25,286 nucleotides of DNA from a virus (taxonomy: Duplodnaviria; Caudoviricetes), in IMG/VR virus record IMGVR_UViG_3300025018_001617, positions 1 through 25,286 of that record; one strand, 5' to 3'. How positions within the stretch are numbered: the first letter of the stretch is position 1; every line of letters starts with the position of its first letter. A model generated the notes under the pieces. The model did no database searches. It saw only the letters and a program-made list of their open reading frames with translations, and was not told where the DNA came from. Made by a program: the position numbers and the translations under genes. Below are positions 15,444 through 23,553 of the stretch, piece by piece.

Positions 15444-16497
15444 AGTTGGGATCTCCAAGTTTATAGTTCTCCCAATGGCTCAGCCTGATTTGGGAGAAAT
15501 TGAGAAGAGTAACGCCTACGAATCCATCATAGAGAATCAAATAGGAGTAGGGAGGTTTATTGGCGAGTTTGAAAAAACTTGGGCTGAATATAATAAGCGT
15601 AAGTTTGGCGTGGCGTGCAACTCTGGTACCACTGCCTTGCATCTGGCAATCAAAGCCTCTGGAGCCAAAAAGATTCTAATGCCAAACCTTACAATGGCGG
15701 GTACTGTATGGGGGGCTTACTATGAGGGACTGGAGGTGGATTATATGACCTCTACTCCTGGAACCCCTGGCAACGAAGGTGAAGTGACAGACCACGATGC
15801 GGTGGTTTTTGTCCACCTCTATGGAAGAAAAGCCTATCCTGATGGGTACGTCGCCAGACTCAAAGCTCAATTCCCTAACCTAACAGTAATAGACGACATG
15901 GCAGAAGCCCACGGCATAATGCCTGAGGGAGATATCGCCTGCTACTCCTTTTATGGGAATAAAATCTTAACCACTGGAGAGGGTGGAATGTGTCTCACTA
16001 ATCGTAAGGAGTTTGCGGATGAAATGAGAAGTTTAGCAAATATGTATTTTGATAAAGAAAGGTCAATGGTTCACCCCAAAATAGGACACAATTACAGAAT
16101 AACCAATCTACAAGCATCCATAGGAGTGGCTCAAGCAGGGAGAATAGACTTCATACTAGAAAAAAGAAAGAAAATAGAGGCTTGGTATGACAAATATTTA
16201 CCTGAAAGCGTTAAATTACCTAAAAGAAACGTGCTTTGGTTCTATGACGTCAAAGTACCAAACGCCAAAAAAGCTCAATATTATCTCAAATCCCAAGGGT
16301 GTGACTCACGCAGGTTCTTTTCTCCGATGTCCTTACAGCCGTGGGCTAATGGAATGGAAGACCCAATAGGTGAGAAGTGGTACTACCACGGGCTTTTACT
16401 TCCTGTGTACAATTCAATGACTGAGGGTGATGTTAAATGGGTCGCAGAACTCATTACTCACCACACCTCTCAATACAAAAGACCCGTTGTAATTTGA
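15436..16497 (+). CDS. DegT/DnrJ/EryC1/StrS PLP aminotransferase (perosamine synthase-like)
   Basis: NSGTTALHLA, VHLYG, IDDMAEAHG, SFYGNKILTTGEGGM (PLP lysine), NYRITNLQA. Confidence 0.92.
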   Translation: MSRVGISKFIVLPMAQPDLGEIEKSNAYESIIENQIGVGRFIGEFEKTWAEYNKRKFGVACNSGTTALHLAIKASGAKKILMPNLTMAGTVWGAYYEGLEVDYMTSTPGTPGNEGEVTDHDAVVFVHLYGRKAYPDGYVARLKAQFPNLTVIDDMAEAHGIMPEGDIACYSFYGNKILTTGEGGMCLTNRKEFADEMRSLANMYFDKERSMVHPKIGHNYRITNLQASIGVAQAGRIDFILEKRKKIEAWYDKYLPESVKLPKRNVLWFYDVKVPNAKKAQYYLKSQGCDSRRFFSPMSLQPWANGMEDPIGEKWYYHGLLLPVYNSMTEGDVKWVAELITHHTSQYKRPVVI

Positions 16498-16528
16498 AGG
16501 TTTTAAAGGTAGGACATACTCTTAGAGA

Positions 16529-17248
16529 ATGCAGATAAATCCCGGAAATAGTGCTGGCATACTAGATGATATAGATTTCATCTGTGGCACAGACTCAACA
16601 TCTTATCCAACAGCCGACAAGGTTCGTAATCTAAACCGCCATTATTATAAGGGTGTTAGTGATGTCTTAAGAACCCAAGGTCGCCAACAGTTCCACGATT
16701 CTATTAACCTCAATGTGCTTCCAGAGAAGGTGTTTACCTTGGTGGATGGTCAAAGACAATACGCACTTCCTGCTGATCTTCTGAAATTATGGGCTATTGA
16801 AATCAAAGACGCCAGTGGAAATTCTTTCAGACTAAAGGAGATTGATCTAAATGACCCTGTCATGCAGAGGACTATCACAGACTTGATGGAAACCTCAGGT
16901 ATCCCAAGATATTACGACATTAAGGGTGAGGATATGTACCTCTACCCAGCTCCAGCTTCAGGACAGGTTACTCTAACTGATGGTGGGCGAGTCTTCTACA
17001 CACCTGAAATTGACCAATTCACTACAGCAGACACCACTCAGGAGCCAGCCCTCGCGGAACCATTTGGTCGTATCCTCTCTATAGGGGCATCTATTGACTG
17101 GCTGATGGTGAACGATACCTCAAAAGTTGATAGGTGGAGAGGGGAGTACGAGCAACTGAGGGCTGAACTTCGCCAATTTTACTCCACTCGTAATAAGGAT
17201 GGAGGGAACAGATTAATACCTAACCACCGCCAAGTTGACTTCTTATAG
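16529..17248 (+). CDS. Putative head-tail adaptor protein
   Basis: TLVDGQRQYALPADLLK...GIPRYY...LYPAP pattern seen in podovirus adaptors; first structural gene after the sugar cluster. Confidence 0.65.
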   Translation: MQINPGNSAGILDDIDFICGTDSTSYPTADKVRNLNRHYYKGVSDVLRTQGRQQFHDSINLNVLPEKVFTLVDGQRQYALPADLLKLWAIEIKDASGNSFRLKEIDLNDPVMQRTITDLMETSGIPRYYDIKGEDMYLYPAPASGQVTLTDGGRVFYTPEIDQFTTADTTQEPALAEPFGRILSIGASIDWLMVNDTSKVDRWRGEYEQLRAELRQFYSTRNKDGGNRLIPNHRQVDFL

Positions 17249-17441
17249 CAATGTCAGTAGGAATAGCACTTCTTACACCCCTGCTCCAGCCCTGCAGAGG
17301 CTTGCTTATTTGTTCACACCAGACCTCTGTAACATCTTGGTGGGTGAGAACGAAGATGAGACTTTAATCCTCTGGGGCTCTACCGCATACTCGACTTCCG
17401 CCAGAAACTCCACCTCTTATTCAACAGTAGCAAGAAACTAA
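17235..17441 (+). CDS. Small Ser/Thr-rich putative virion protein
   Basis: 68 aa, TTG start, RNSTSY occurs twice; fills the gap exactly. Confidence 0.5.
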   Translation: MTSYSNVSRNSTSYTPAPALQRLAYLFTPDLCNILVGENEDETLILWGSTAYSTSARNSTSYSTVARN

Positions 17442-17442
17442 A

Positions 17443-18390
17443 ATGGCAAGTAAAACTTTAAGCGAATTAGCTCTTGGGACATGGGACTCAGGAACCTCAT
17501 ATACCATAGGTGACATCGTTGACAACGGTGGTTCTTCTTACGTGTGCATCGCCAACTCTACAAATAACGAACCACCAAACACTACTTACTGGGCACTTCT
17601 AGCCTCTAAGGGGGATACCGGAGCCACAGGAAGTACAGGAGCAACAGGTGCTACTGGTCCAATGGGTCCATCAGGAGCTGTCGGCGTTACGGGTACACCC
17701 GTAGACAACCAACTAGCTGTATGGACTTCTGCCACTGAAGTAGAAGGCGATTCCGCCCTAACCTTCGATACTACAGATGACACTCTCTCAACAGGAATCT
17801 TAAACGCCACCTCCCTCACAGCTTCAGAGATTGTTGGCACAAACGCCGATAAGGACTTGGTTTCCCTAGCGGTCGCCACCTACCCATCCCTCACAGAACT
17901 AACCTATGTAAAAGGTGTAACAAGTGCTATTCAAACACAACTTGGCGACAAGGCCCCTCTCGCCTCTCCTTCATTCACAGGCACAGTAACAACAGCAGGG
18001 AATATCGAACTCGGTCACGCTACTGACACCACTCTTTCAAGAAGTGCAGCTGGAGTATTGGCGGTGGAGGGAAATGACGTAGCTTTCAAGAACACTACGA
18101 TAAACGCCCAAACAGGTACTACATATACTCTAGTTATTGGTGACGCTTCTAAGTTTGTCTCAATGAGCAACGTCTCTGCTAACACCCTCACAGTCCCACC
18201 TAACTCCTCTGTAGCCTTCCCTACAGGCACAAAGATAATGGTGCAACAACTAGGTGCTGGCTCTACTACTATTGCAGCGGGTGCAGGGGTAACAATAAAC
18301 GCTCCAGCTTCGGTAGCCCTTGGAATAGCTGAGCAGTACGGTAGTAGAGGACTTATTAAAACCGCCACTGATACTTGGGAATTGATATAA
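17443..18390 (+). CDS. Fibre/appendage protein with a CBM5/12-like N-domain and a short collagen-like segment
   Basis: WDSGTSYTIGDIV...YW module, GDTGATGSTGATGATGPMGPSG Gly-X-Y run, C-terminal TINAQTGTTYTL...TWELI fibre domain. Confidence 0.75.
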   Translation: MASKTLSELALGTWDSGTSYTIGDIVDNGGSSYVCIANSTNNEPPNTTYWALLASKGDTGATGSTGATGATGPMGPSGAVGVTGTPVDNQLAVWTSATEVEGDSALTFDTTDDTLSTGILNATSLTASEIVGTNADKDLVSLAVATYPSLTELTYVKGVTSAIQTQLGDKAPLASPSFTGTVTTAGNIELGHATDTTLSRSAAGVLAVEGNDVAFKNTTINAQTGTTYTLVIGDASKFVSMSNVSANTLTVPPNSSVAFPTGTKIMVQQLGAGSTTIAAGAGVTINAPASVALGIAEQYGSRGLIKTATDTWELI

Positions 18391-18391
18391 A

Positions 18392-19006
18392 ATGGCACAA
18401 ACAACACTCACTAGACCAAAAATAAGTAAGACTTGCGAGGTTTGTTCTGGCGAGTTTTTCGTATACCCATACCGAGCCGACACAGCAAGATTCTGTAATC
18501 ACGCTTGTTACGCCACCACGGTTCACGCCCAGAAGAAGACAGAGAAGTGGTACGAAGTGATGACAGGCAGAATCCCTTGGAATAAGGGGCTGAAGGGGTG
18601 GACAGAGGGAACGGGGGCTGGCTTTCAAAAAGGCAACGCCCTCCAGAAGGGAGAAAAGAATGTGAACTGGAAAGGCGGAATTACGCCTCTCTACAGAGCA
18701 ATTAGAGAATCACGAAAGTATTGGGATTGGCGAACAAGTATCTTCCAGAGAGATAGCCATACCTGTCAGCTTTGCGGTTCCACCAAGAGCAACCAATTAA
18801 ATGCTGACCATTACCCAAGGTCATTTGCGGAAATCCTAAGGGATGGTGAAATCAAAACATTAGACGGGGCGATGGCACACGAGGGACTTTGGAGCTTAGA
18901 TATAGCCCGAACGCTTTGTGTTCCTTGCCACAAGAAAACCCCCAATTATGGTCGAAAAGGGGTATTACCAAGATATTTTAGGCTTCCTGTAAGCCAAACC
19001 CTATGA
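18392..19006 (+). CDS. Free-standing HNH endonuclease with Zn-ribbon and NUMOD-like motifs
   Basis: CEVC...FCNHAC, PWNKG, NWKGG, WRTSIFQRDSHTCQLC...DH...LCVPCH. Confidence 0.88.
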   Translation: MAQTTLTRPKISKTCEVCSGEFFVYPYRADTARFCNHACYATTVHAQKKTEKWYEVMTGRIPWNKGLKGWTEGTGAGFQKGNALQKGEKNVNWKGGITPLYRAIRESRKYWDWRTSIFQRDSHTCQLCGSTKSNQLNADHYPRSFAEILRDGEIKTLDGAMAHEGLWSLDIARTLCVPCHKKTPNYGRKGVLPRYFRLPVSQTL

Positions 19007-20430
19007 GCACCCACTCACTAGATTTAGAGCGAAGTAGCTCACAATACGCCAGTATAGCTGATGCAAGTCAGACAGGACTTGACCTTGCTGCTGATTGTAG
19101 TTTTGAGTATTGGCTAAAGGTAGAACAACTGCCATCAACTGCTGGTGGAAACTTTGTTTTGACATCTAAGTGGGGGGCAGGAAACCTGCGTGGCTACTCT
19201 CTCATCTTGCTGAGCACAGATAAACTAAGATTTAGCTGTTCAGCAGATGGGACAGCAGATGCAGGAAAATTCCACACCAGCGACAGTGATGCTGCGGTTA
19301 TCACATCGGCAGACGTGGGAACATGGATTCACCTTGCTATTTCTTATGACGACTCTGCCGATACTGCTGTATTTTATAAGAATGGAAAAAGTGTCGCCCT
19401 AACAAAGGCTGTGACTAAAAGCACAGCTGGGATATACAACACCTCTGGTGGTTTCTTTTTGGGTTCAGAGTTTAACGGCTCCGAGTTTTATGACGGACTC
19501 ATTAAAGACGTTCGTGTCTTCTCCGACATCCGCACCCAAGCAGAAATCGTAGCTGATGCCCACACCGAAAACGTATCCGACGCCAACCTTGTAGGAGAAT
19601 GGAACTTCAACAACGCCTACACAGACAGCTCTGGTAACTCAAACACCCTCACGGCAACAGGTTCGCCAGTATTCTCTACTGATAGACCTTGGGAGGGAGC
19701 TACACAGGTTTCAGGTTCTACTTATCTTGAGACTAATCTTGTTTCTTACTACACACTAGATGAGGCAAGTGGCAATAGAGCAGATAGCACGGCAACCGCC
19801 AACACCTTAACAGATGGAAACACGGTAGCTAGTGGCACGGGAAAGATAAGTAATGGAGCTGTGTTTACTAGGGCCGACGAAGACTCACTTCGGTCATCAA
19901 CCCTTTGGGTAAACGCCTATCAATCTGTGGCGATTTCTTGTTGGGCAAAAACAACCAACACAGCCACCACAGAACAAACCATTTGGACAAACGGAAACGC
20001 CACATCTACGGGGGTTGGGTATTGTTTGATGATAAACGGGCAAAGCAAAACTGATGGCACAATCTCCTTCCTTAACCATGGGGTAGGTTGGCATCATTCT
20101 TCACACGTTGTTAGCGACACCAACTTTCACCACTATGCTGTATCTATAGACGCCTCTGGCAACGTAATCATTTACATGGACGGGATAGCCTCTGCCACCC
20201 TTACTGGTGCCACAACAAGGTTGCCCACGAATGGAAGCGGTCTTAGTTCTGAAAACTCAGCAAGTGCCACTCGCTACCTTGACGGAACCATAGATGAAAC
20301 CGCCATTTACTCCCGTGCCCTCCACTACGGAGATGTCCTAGACCTCTATAACGCAGGAGATGGGATAACCTATGCGGCGGCTGCCGCAGGTGGAGGCTCC
20401 GCCAGAAGACTTCACTTAATGTCAATGTAA
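19003..20430 (+). CDS. Tandem LamG / concanavalin-A-like lectin-domain virion protein
   Basis: Two LamG-type units: WIHLAISYD...YDGLIKDVRVF and FHHYAVSID...LDGTIDETAIYSRAL. Confidence 0.85.
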   Translation: MSTHSLDLERSSSQYASIADASQTGLDLAADCSFEYWLKVEQLPSTAGGNFVLTSKWGAGNLRGYSLILLSTDKLRFSCSADGTADAGKFHTSDSDAAVITSADVGTWIHLAISYDDSADTAVFYKNGKSVALTKAVTKSTAGIYNTSGGFFLGSEFNGSEFYDGLIKDVRVFSDIRTQAEIVADAHTENVSDANLVGEWNFNNAYTDSSGNSNTLTATGSPVFSTDRPWEGATQVSGSTYLETNLVSYYTLDEASGNRADSTATANTLTDGNTVASGTGKISNGAVFTRADEDSLRSSTLWVNAYQSVAISCWAKTTNTATTEQTIWTNGNATSTGVGYCLMINGQSKTDGTISFLNHGVGWHHSSHVVSDTNFHHYAVSIDASGNVIIYMDGIASATLTGATTRLPTNGSGLSSENSASATRYLDGTIDETAIYSRALHYGDVLDLYNAGDGITYAAAAAGGGSARRLHLMSM

Positions 20431-20450
20431 CATGGAAAACCTAAACTAAC

Positions 20451-20699
20451 ATGACAGAACAACAAACAGCAGAAAGAGCACACAAAGACAGAGATGAGGA
20501 GCTTCATCGTATGATTAAAAGCCTGTCTGAAAAGGTGGATTCTATTGATACCAAAACCCAAGAGATGTATAAAATCTTTAGCTCTGTATCTGGGTTTAAC
20601 AGAATCTCAGTCTGGTTGTTAAAAGGCATCGCCATGATAGGGGGTGCTATACTAGGGACATACGCCTTTTTAGAGCTTCTTAAGAAGATAGCAAGATAA
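20451..20699 (+). CDS. Small membrane protein (coiled-coil plus C-terminal TM; holin-like candidate)
   Basis: 82 aa with hydrophobic WLLKGIAMIGGAILGTYAFL; function is inferred. Confidence 0.5.
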   Translation: MTEQQTAERAHKDRDEELHRMIKSLSEKVDSIDTKTQEMYKIFSSVSGFNRISVWLLKGIAMIGGAILGTYAFLELLKKIAR

Positions 20700-20700
20700 T

Positions 20701-22251
20701 ATGAATACTAAGCTAAAAGTTATACGCCAGTGGTACGGAGGACTTCAAAGAGACGAAAAATCTAAGGTTGTTGGTGGTGCTTCAAACCTTGAGGAAATAG
20801 ACATCTTCTCAAACGCTGACTACATCCAAGCTGAACAAATCTTCTCAGCAGATTCTATGCCAGCCTCTACTGAAGTCTACGCCTACACCTCAGATAACTC
20901 AGGTACAGTCTATGGGCTGGGTAAAGAAACCGCCGCTAATAAAGTAAGAATAGTAAGTGTGGCTACTGGTGGATCTAATGACCCTGGTTCTTTTGCCACA
21001 CTCTTCACCTCCGCAGACACAACAAATCTTTCATACTCAGTCTCACCAATACAATATTTCCAGACTACGGCGGCAGATGATGACTGGCTTTACTATGTAA
21101 ATAAGACTGCTGGAAATGTCTGTAAGCTAATGAGAGTAGAGACCGACGGTACGAATGAAGCTGAAGTGGGAACTCTAACAGGTCTCACGGGTTCGTTTGA
21201 CCGCATTTCAATGAAAGTAATTGCCGGTACACTTCATGTAACAAATGGCAACTCTATAGCCACAGTAGACCAAGACGGGGTGTTCACTGATAAGGCTTTC
21301 AATCTTCCCTTGAACTGGGTTGCTGTAGACCTCACCCCGGTAGGAACAGTATGTCTTATTTTGGCTCGCCATGCAGACAAGTCTCTTAATGTTTCAAAGG
21401 GGTTCTGGTGGGATCTTGTCCCGGTAGCGGAATCAGAGTTTGACGGTTACGACGACTCTTTTGAAATCTCAATGGGTGGCCCTCAGTGGGTGCTTAACTA
21501 CAAAGAAACAATCAGAATTTTGTGTGCTCAAAACGGTCAGGCTTTAATCTTCCAACTCAACGGAGCGTATCAAGGTTCAGTCCCTCAGAAACTTCCTGGA
21601 ATCGAACTCCTAAACGTGGCTGCCGACACAGCAACTCAACCAATCTCCTCACCTAAAATGGTTGCTGTTAAGGGTGGTATAACTTACTTTGGTCTAAATA
21701 AGACAGATAAAACAGGGGTCTATGCTCTTGGTCAGTTAGATGACGACAAACCAGTCGCCCTCTGCCTTTCAAAGAAGTTTTCTACAACCACGATAACAAA
21801 CCACAAACCCACCGCCCTCTTTATTCTCGGACCAAACTTCTACGCTTCTTATGTGGATAATACAACTGCTTCCAACGCTAGATGTGAGTCCGCCAACTCT
21901 CCTTCACGTTCCGCCAATGCAATCTATGAATCAGTTGTCATAGACGACGACGCACCAAATACTAATAAGGTCTTTGAATCAGTCTATGTCTCCACCCAGC
22001 CTCTCCCAGCCTCAACGGATGTAAATGTATCTTTCGCCTCAGACTACGGCTCACTCGTGGAAGTGTTTAGGGCAGATGGAACTTCACTCAATACTACAAG
22101 TGCAGTACAGGGTGAGTTTAAGCTGAAATCCCACTCACAGAAAAAGGCTGGAAAGGTTAAAATACAAATCGTTTCTAACGGAGCCATTTCACCCAAGGTA
22201 ACTTCAATTGGATTAAAGATGACCACCCAAAAGGTACCTTCACCCAAATAG
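20701..22251 (+). CDS. Putative tail nozzle / DNA stabilization protein (beta-propeller, P22 gp10-like)
   Basis: 516 aa, beta-rich, N-terminal WYGGL and late NKVFESVYV, as in podovirus nozzles; position fits. Confidence 0.6.
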   Translation: MNTKLKVIRQWYGGLQRDEKSKVVGGASNLEEIDIFSNADYIQAEQIFSADSMPASTEVYAYTSDNSGTVYGLGKETAANKVRIVSVATGGSNDPGSFATLFTSADTTNLSYSVSPIQYFQTTAADDDWLYYVNKTAGNVCKLMRVETDGTNEAEVGTLTGLTGSFDRISMKVIAGTLHVTNGNSIATVDQDGVFTDKAFNLPLNWVAVDLTPVGTVCLILARHADKSLNVSKGFWWDLVPVAESEFDGYDDSFEISMGGPQWVLNYKETIRILCAQNGQALIFQLNGAYQGSVPQKLPGIELLNVAADTATQPISSPKMVAVKGGITYFGLNKTDKTGVYALGQLDDDKPVALCLSKKFSTTTITNHKPTALFILGPNFYASYVDNTTASNARCESANSPSRSANAIYESVVIDDDAPNTNKVFESVYVSTQPLPASTDVNVSFASDYGSLVEVFRADGTSLNTTSAVQGEFKLKSHSQKKAGKVKIQIVSNGAISPKVTSIGLKMTTQKVPSPK

Positions 22252-22266
22252 TCTAACGACGTAGTC

Positions 22267-23517
22267 ATGCAAGAAGAAAACATATTTCAATCAGAAGACG
22301 AGAGGTTGGCTCAAATAGAACAAGAGCTACTAGAACTCAAATCACAAATTGGGGCTATTAACCCTCGTAACCTTGCAGGTATTTCACAGAAAACCCTAAG
22401 AGCCGCCACCAGAGCTAACTCATTCGGTGATGGTTCAGATGGTGATATTACTCTCGATGGTACTACAGACTTTAACGACTTCTCCTCACGTTCTGGAACC
22501 ACCTACACTCTCTCAAGAGACTTATTCGCCGGCAAACTCATTGTTAAATCAGGCGTCACCCTAAAAGGCAACGGATTCAGAATATTTGCCTCAAAAGAAT
22601 TAAGGAATAGCGGAACCATTCATGCAAATGGTGGAAATGGGGGTAATGGTGGAAATGGGGGTGCTGGTTCAACAACGGCTGGAACCTCAGGCTCCTCTGG
22701 ATCCGCTGGAAATGCCTCTGCCGCTGCACACGCTCAGGGTTCTCTGCCCGCAACACTGGCGGGCAAGGTTGGTGGTGCTGGGGGAACCCAGGGTAGTTCT
22801 ACGGGTAGCAATGGAACAGCGGGAACTGATGTTGCTAAATCATTAGGTGCTGCGGGTTCTGGTGGTGGTGGCGGAGCGTCTGGAGGTAATGGTGGTGGGG
22901 CTGGTGGTGGGAGTGCTGGGGGATCTGGAGGTAATGGTGGTTCTAAAACTGGAACGGTCTACAATATTCCTCGCTCGCCACAATCTGCTTACCTTTTGAT
23001 AGACACACAACCCTCTGACACTTTTGCGCTCTTAAAAGGAAGTGCCTCTTCTGGTTCAGCTGGAGGTGGTGGAGTAGGCGGTTCTGGTATAAACTCTGTC
23101 GCTGGAGGAGGCGGAGGTGGTGGGGGTGGTGGTTCTGGAGCACCCGGTGGAATGTTAGTTATCTTCGCCTACCGCCTAGTAAACAATGGAACTATCTCCT
23201 GTGATGGCGGGGCTGGCGGGGCTGGCGGTAACGGAGGCAGCGGTGCCACTCCAGCCCCAGATAACGGCTCCAACGGTGGAGGAGGCGGAGGTGGTGGGGG
23301 TGGTGGTGGTGCTGGGGGTGCTGGAGGAGTTCTTCTTTTGGTTTATGGCGTAAGAACTGGTTCTGGAACAGAAACCGCCAATGGTGGTGCGGGTGGAGCA
23401 GCTGGGGCTGCGGGCACGGGAGGCGCATCAACTGGCCCAGCTGGAGCTGGTGGTAACGCGGGGACAGCAGGAACCGCTGGAGCAACAGGTTCCTTAATTT
23501 CCATTGTCGTTGGATAA
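22267..23517 (+). CDS. Glycine-rich virion protein (tail spike/fibre candidate)
   Basis: N-terminal coiled-coil, FGDGSDG motif, long poly-Gly and GGxG tracts. Confidence 0.75.
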   Translation: MQEENIFQSEDERLAQIEQELLELKSQIGAINPRNLAGISQKTLRAATRANSFGDGSDGDITLDGTTDFNDFSSRSGTTYTLSRDLFAGKLIVKSGVTLKGNGFRIFASKELRNSGTIHANGGNGGNGGNGGAGSTTAGTSGSSGSAGNASAAAHAQGSLPATLAGKVGGAGGTQGSSTGSNGTAGTDVAKSLGAAGSGGGGGASGGNGGGAGGGSAGGSGGNGGSKTGTVYNIPRSPQSAYLLIDTQPSDTFALLKGSASSGSAGGGGVGGSGINSVAGGGGGGGGGGSGAPGGMLVIFAYRLVNNGTISCDGGAGGAGGNGGSGATPAPDNGSNGGGGGGGGGGGGAGGAGGVLLLVYGVRTGSGTETANGGAGGAAGAAGTGGASTGPAGAGGNAGTAGTAGATGSLISIVVG

Positions 23518-23553
23518 ATCGCCAAAATTAACTATATAATCTAACTTTAAGCT

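Noticed and set aside
17443-23517. Diversity-generating retroelement or invertible tail-fibre cassette
   Set aside because: No reverse transcriptase, recombinase, template/variable repeat pair or long inverted repeats were seen in this window.
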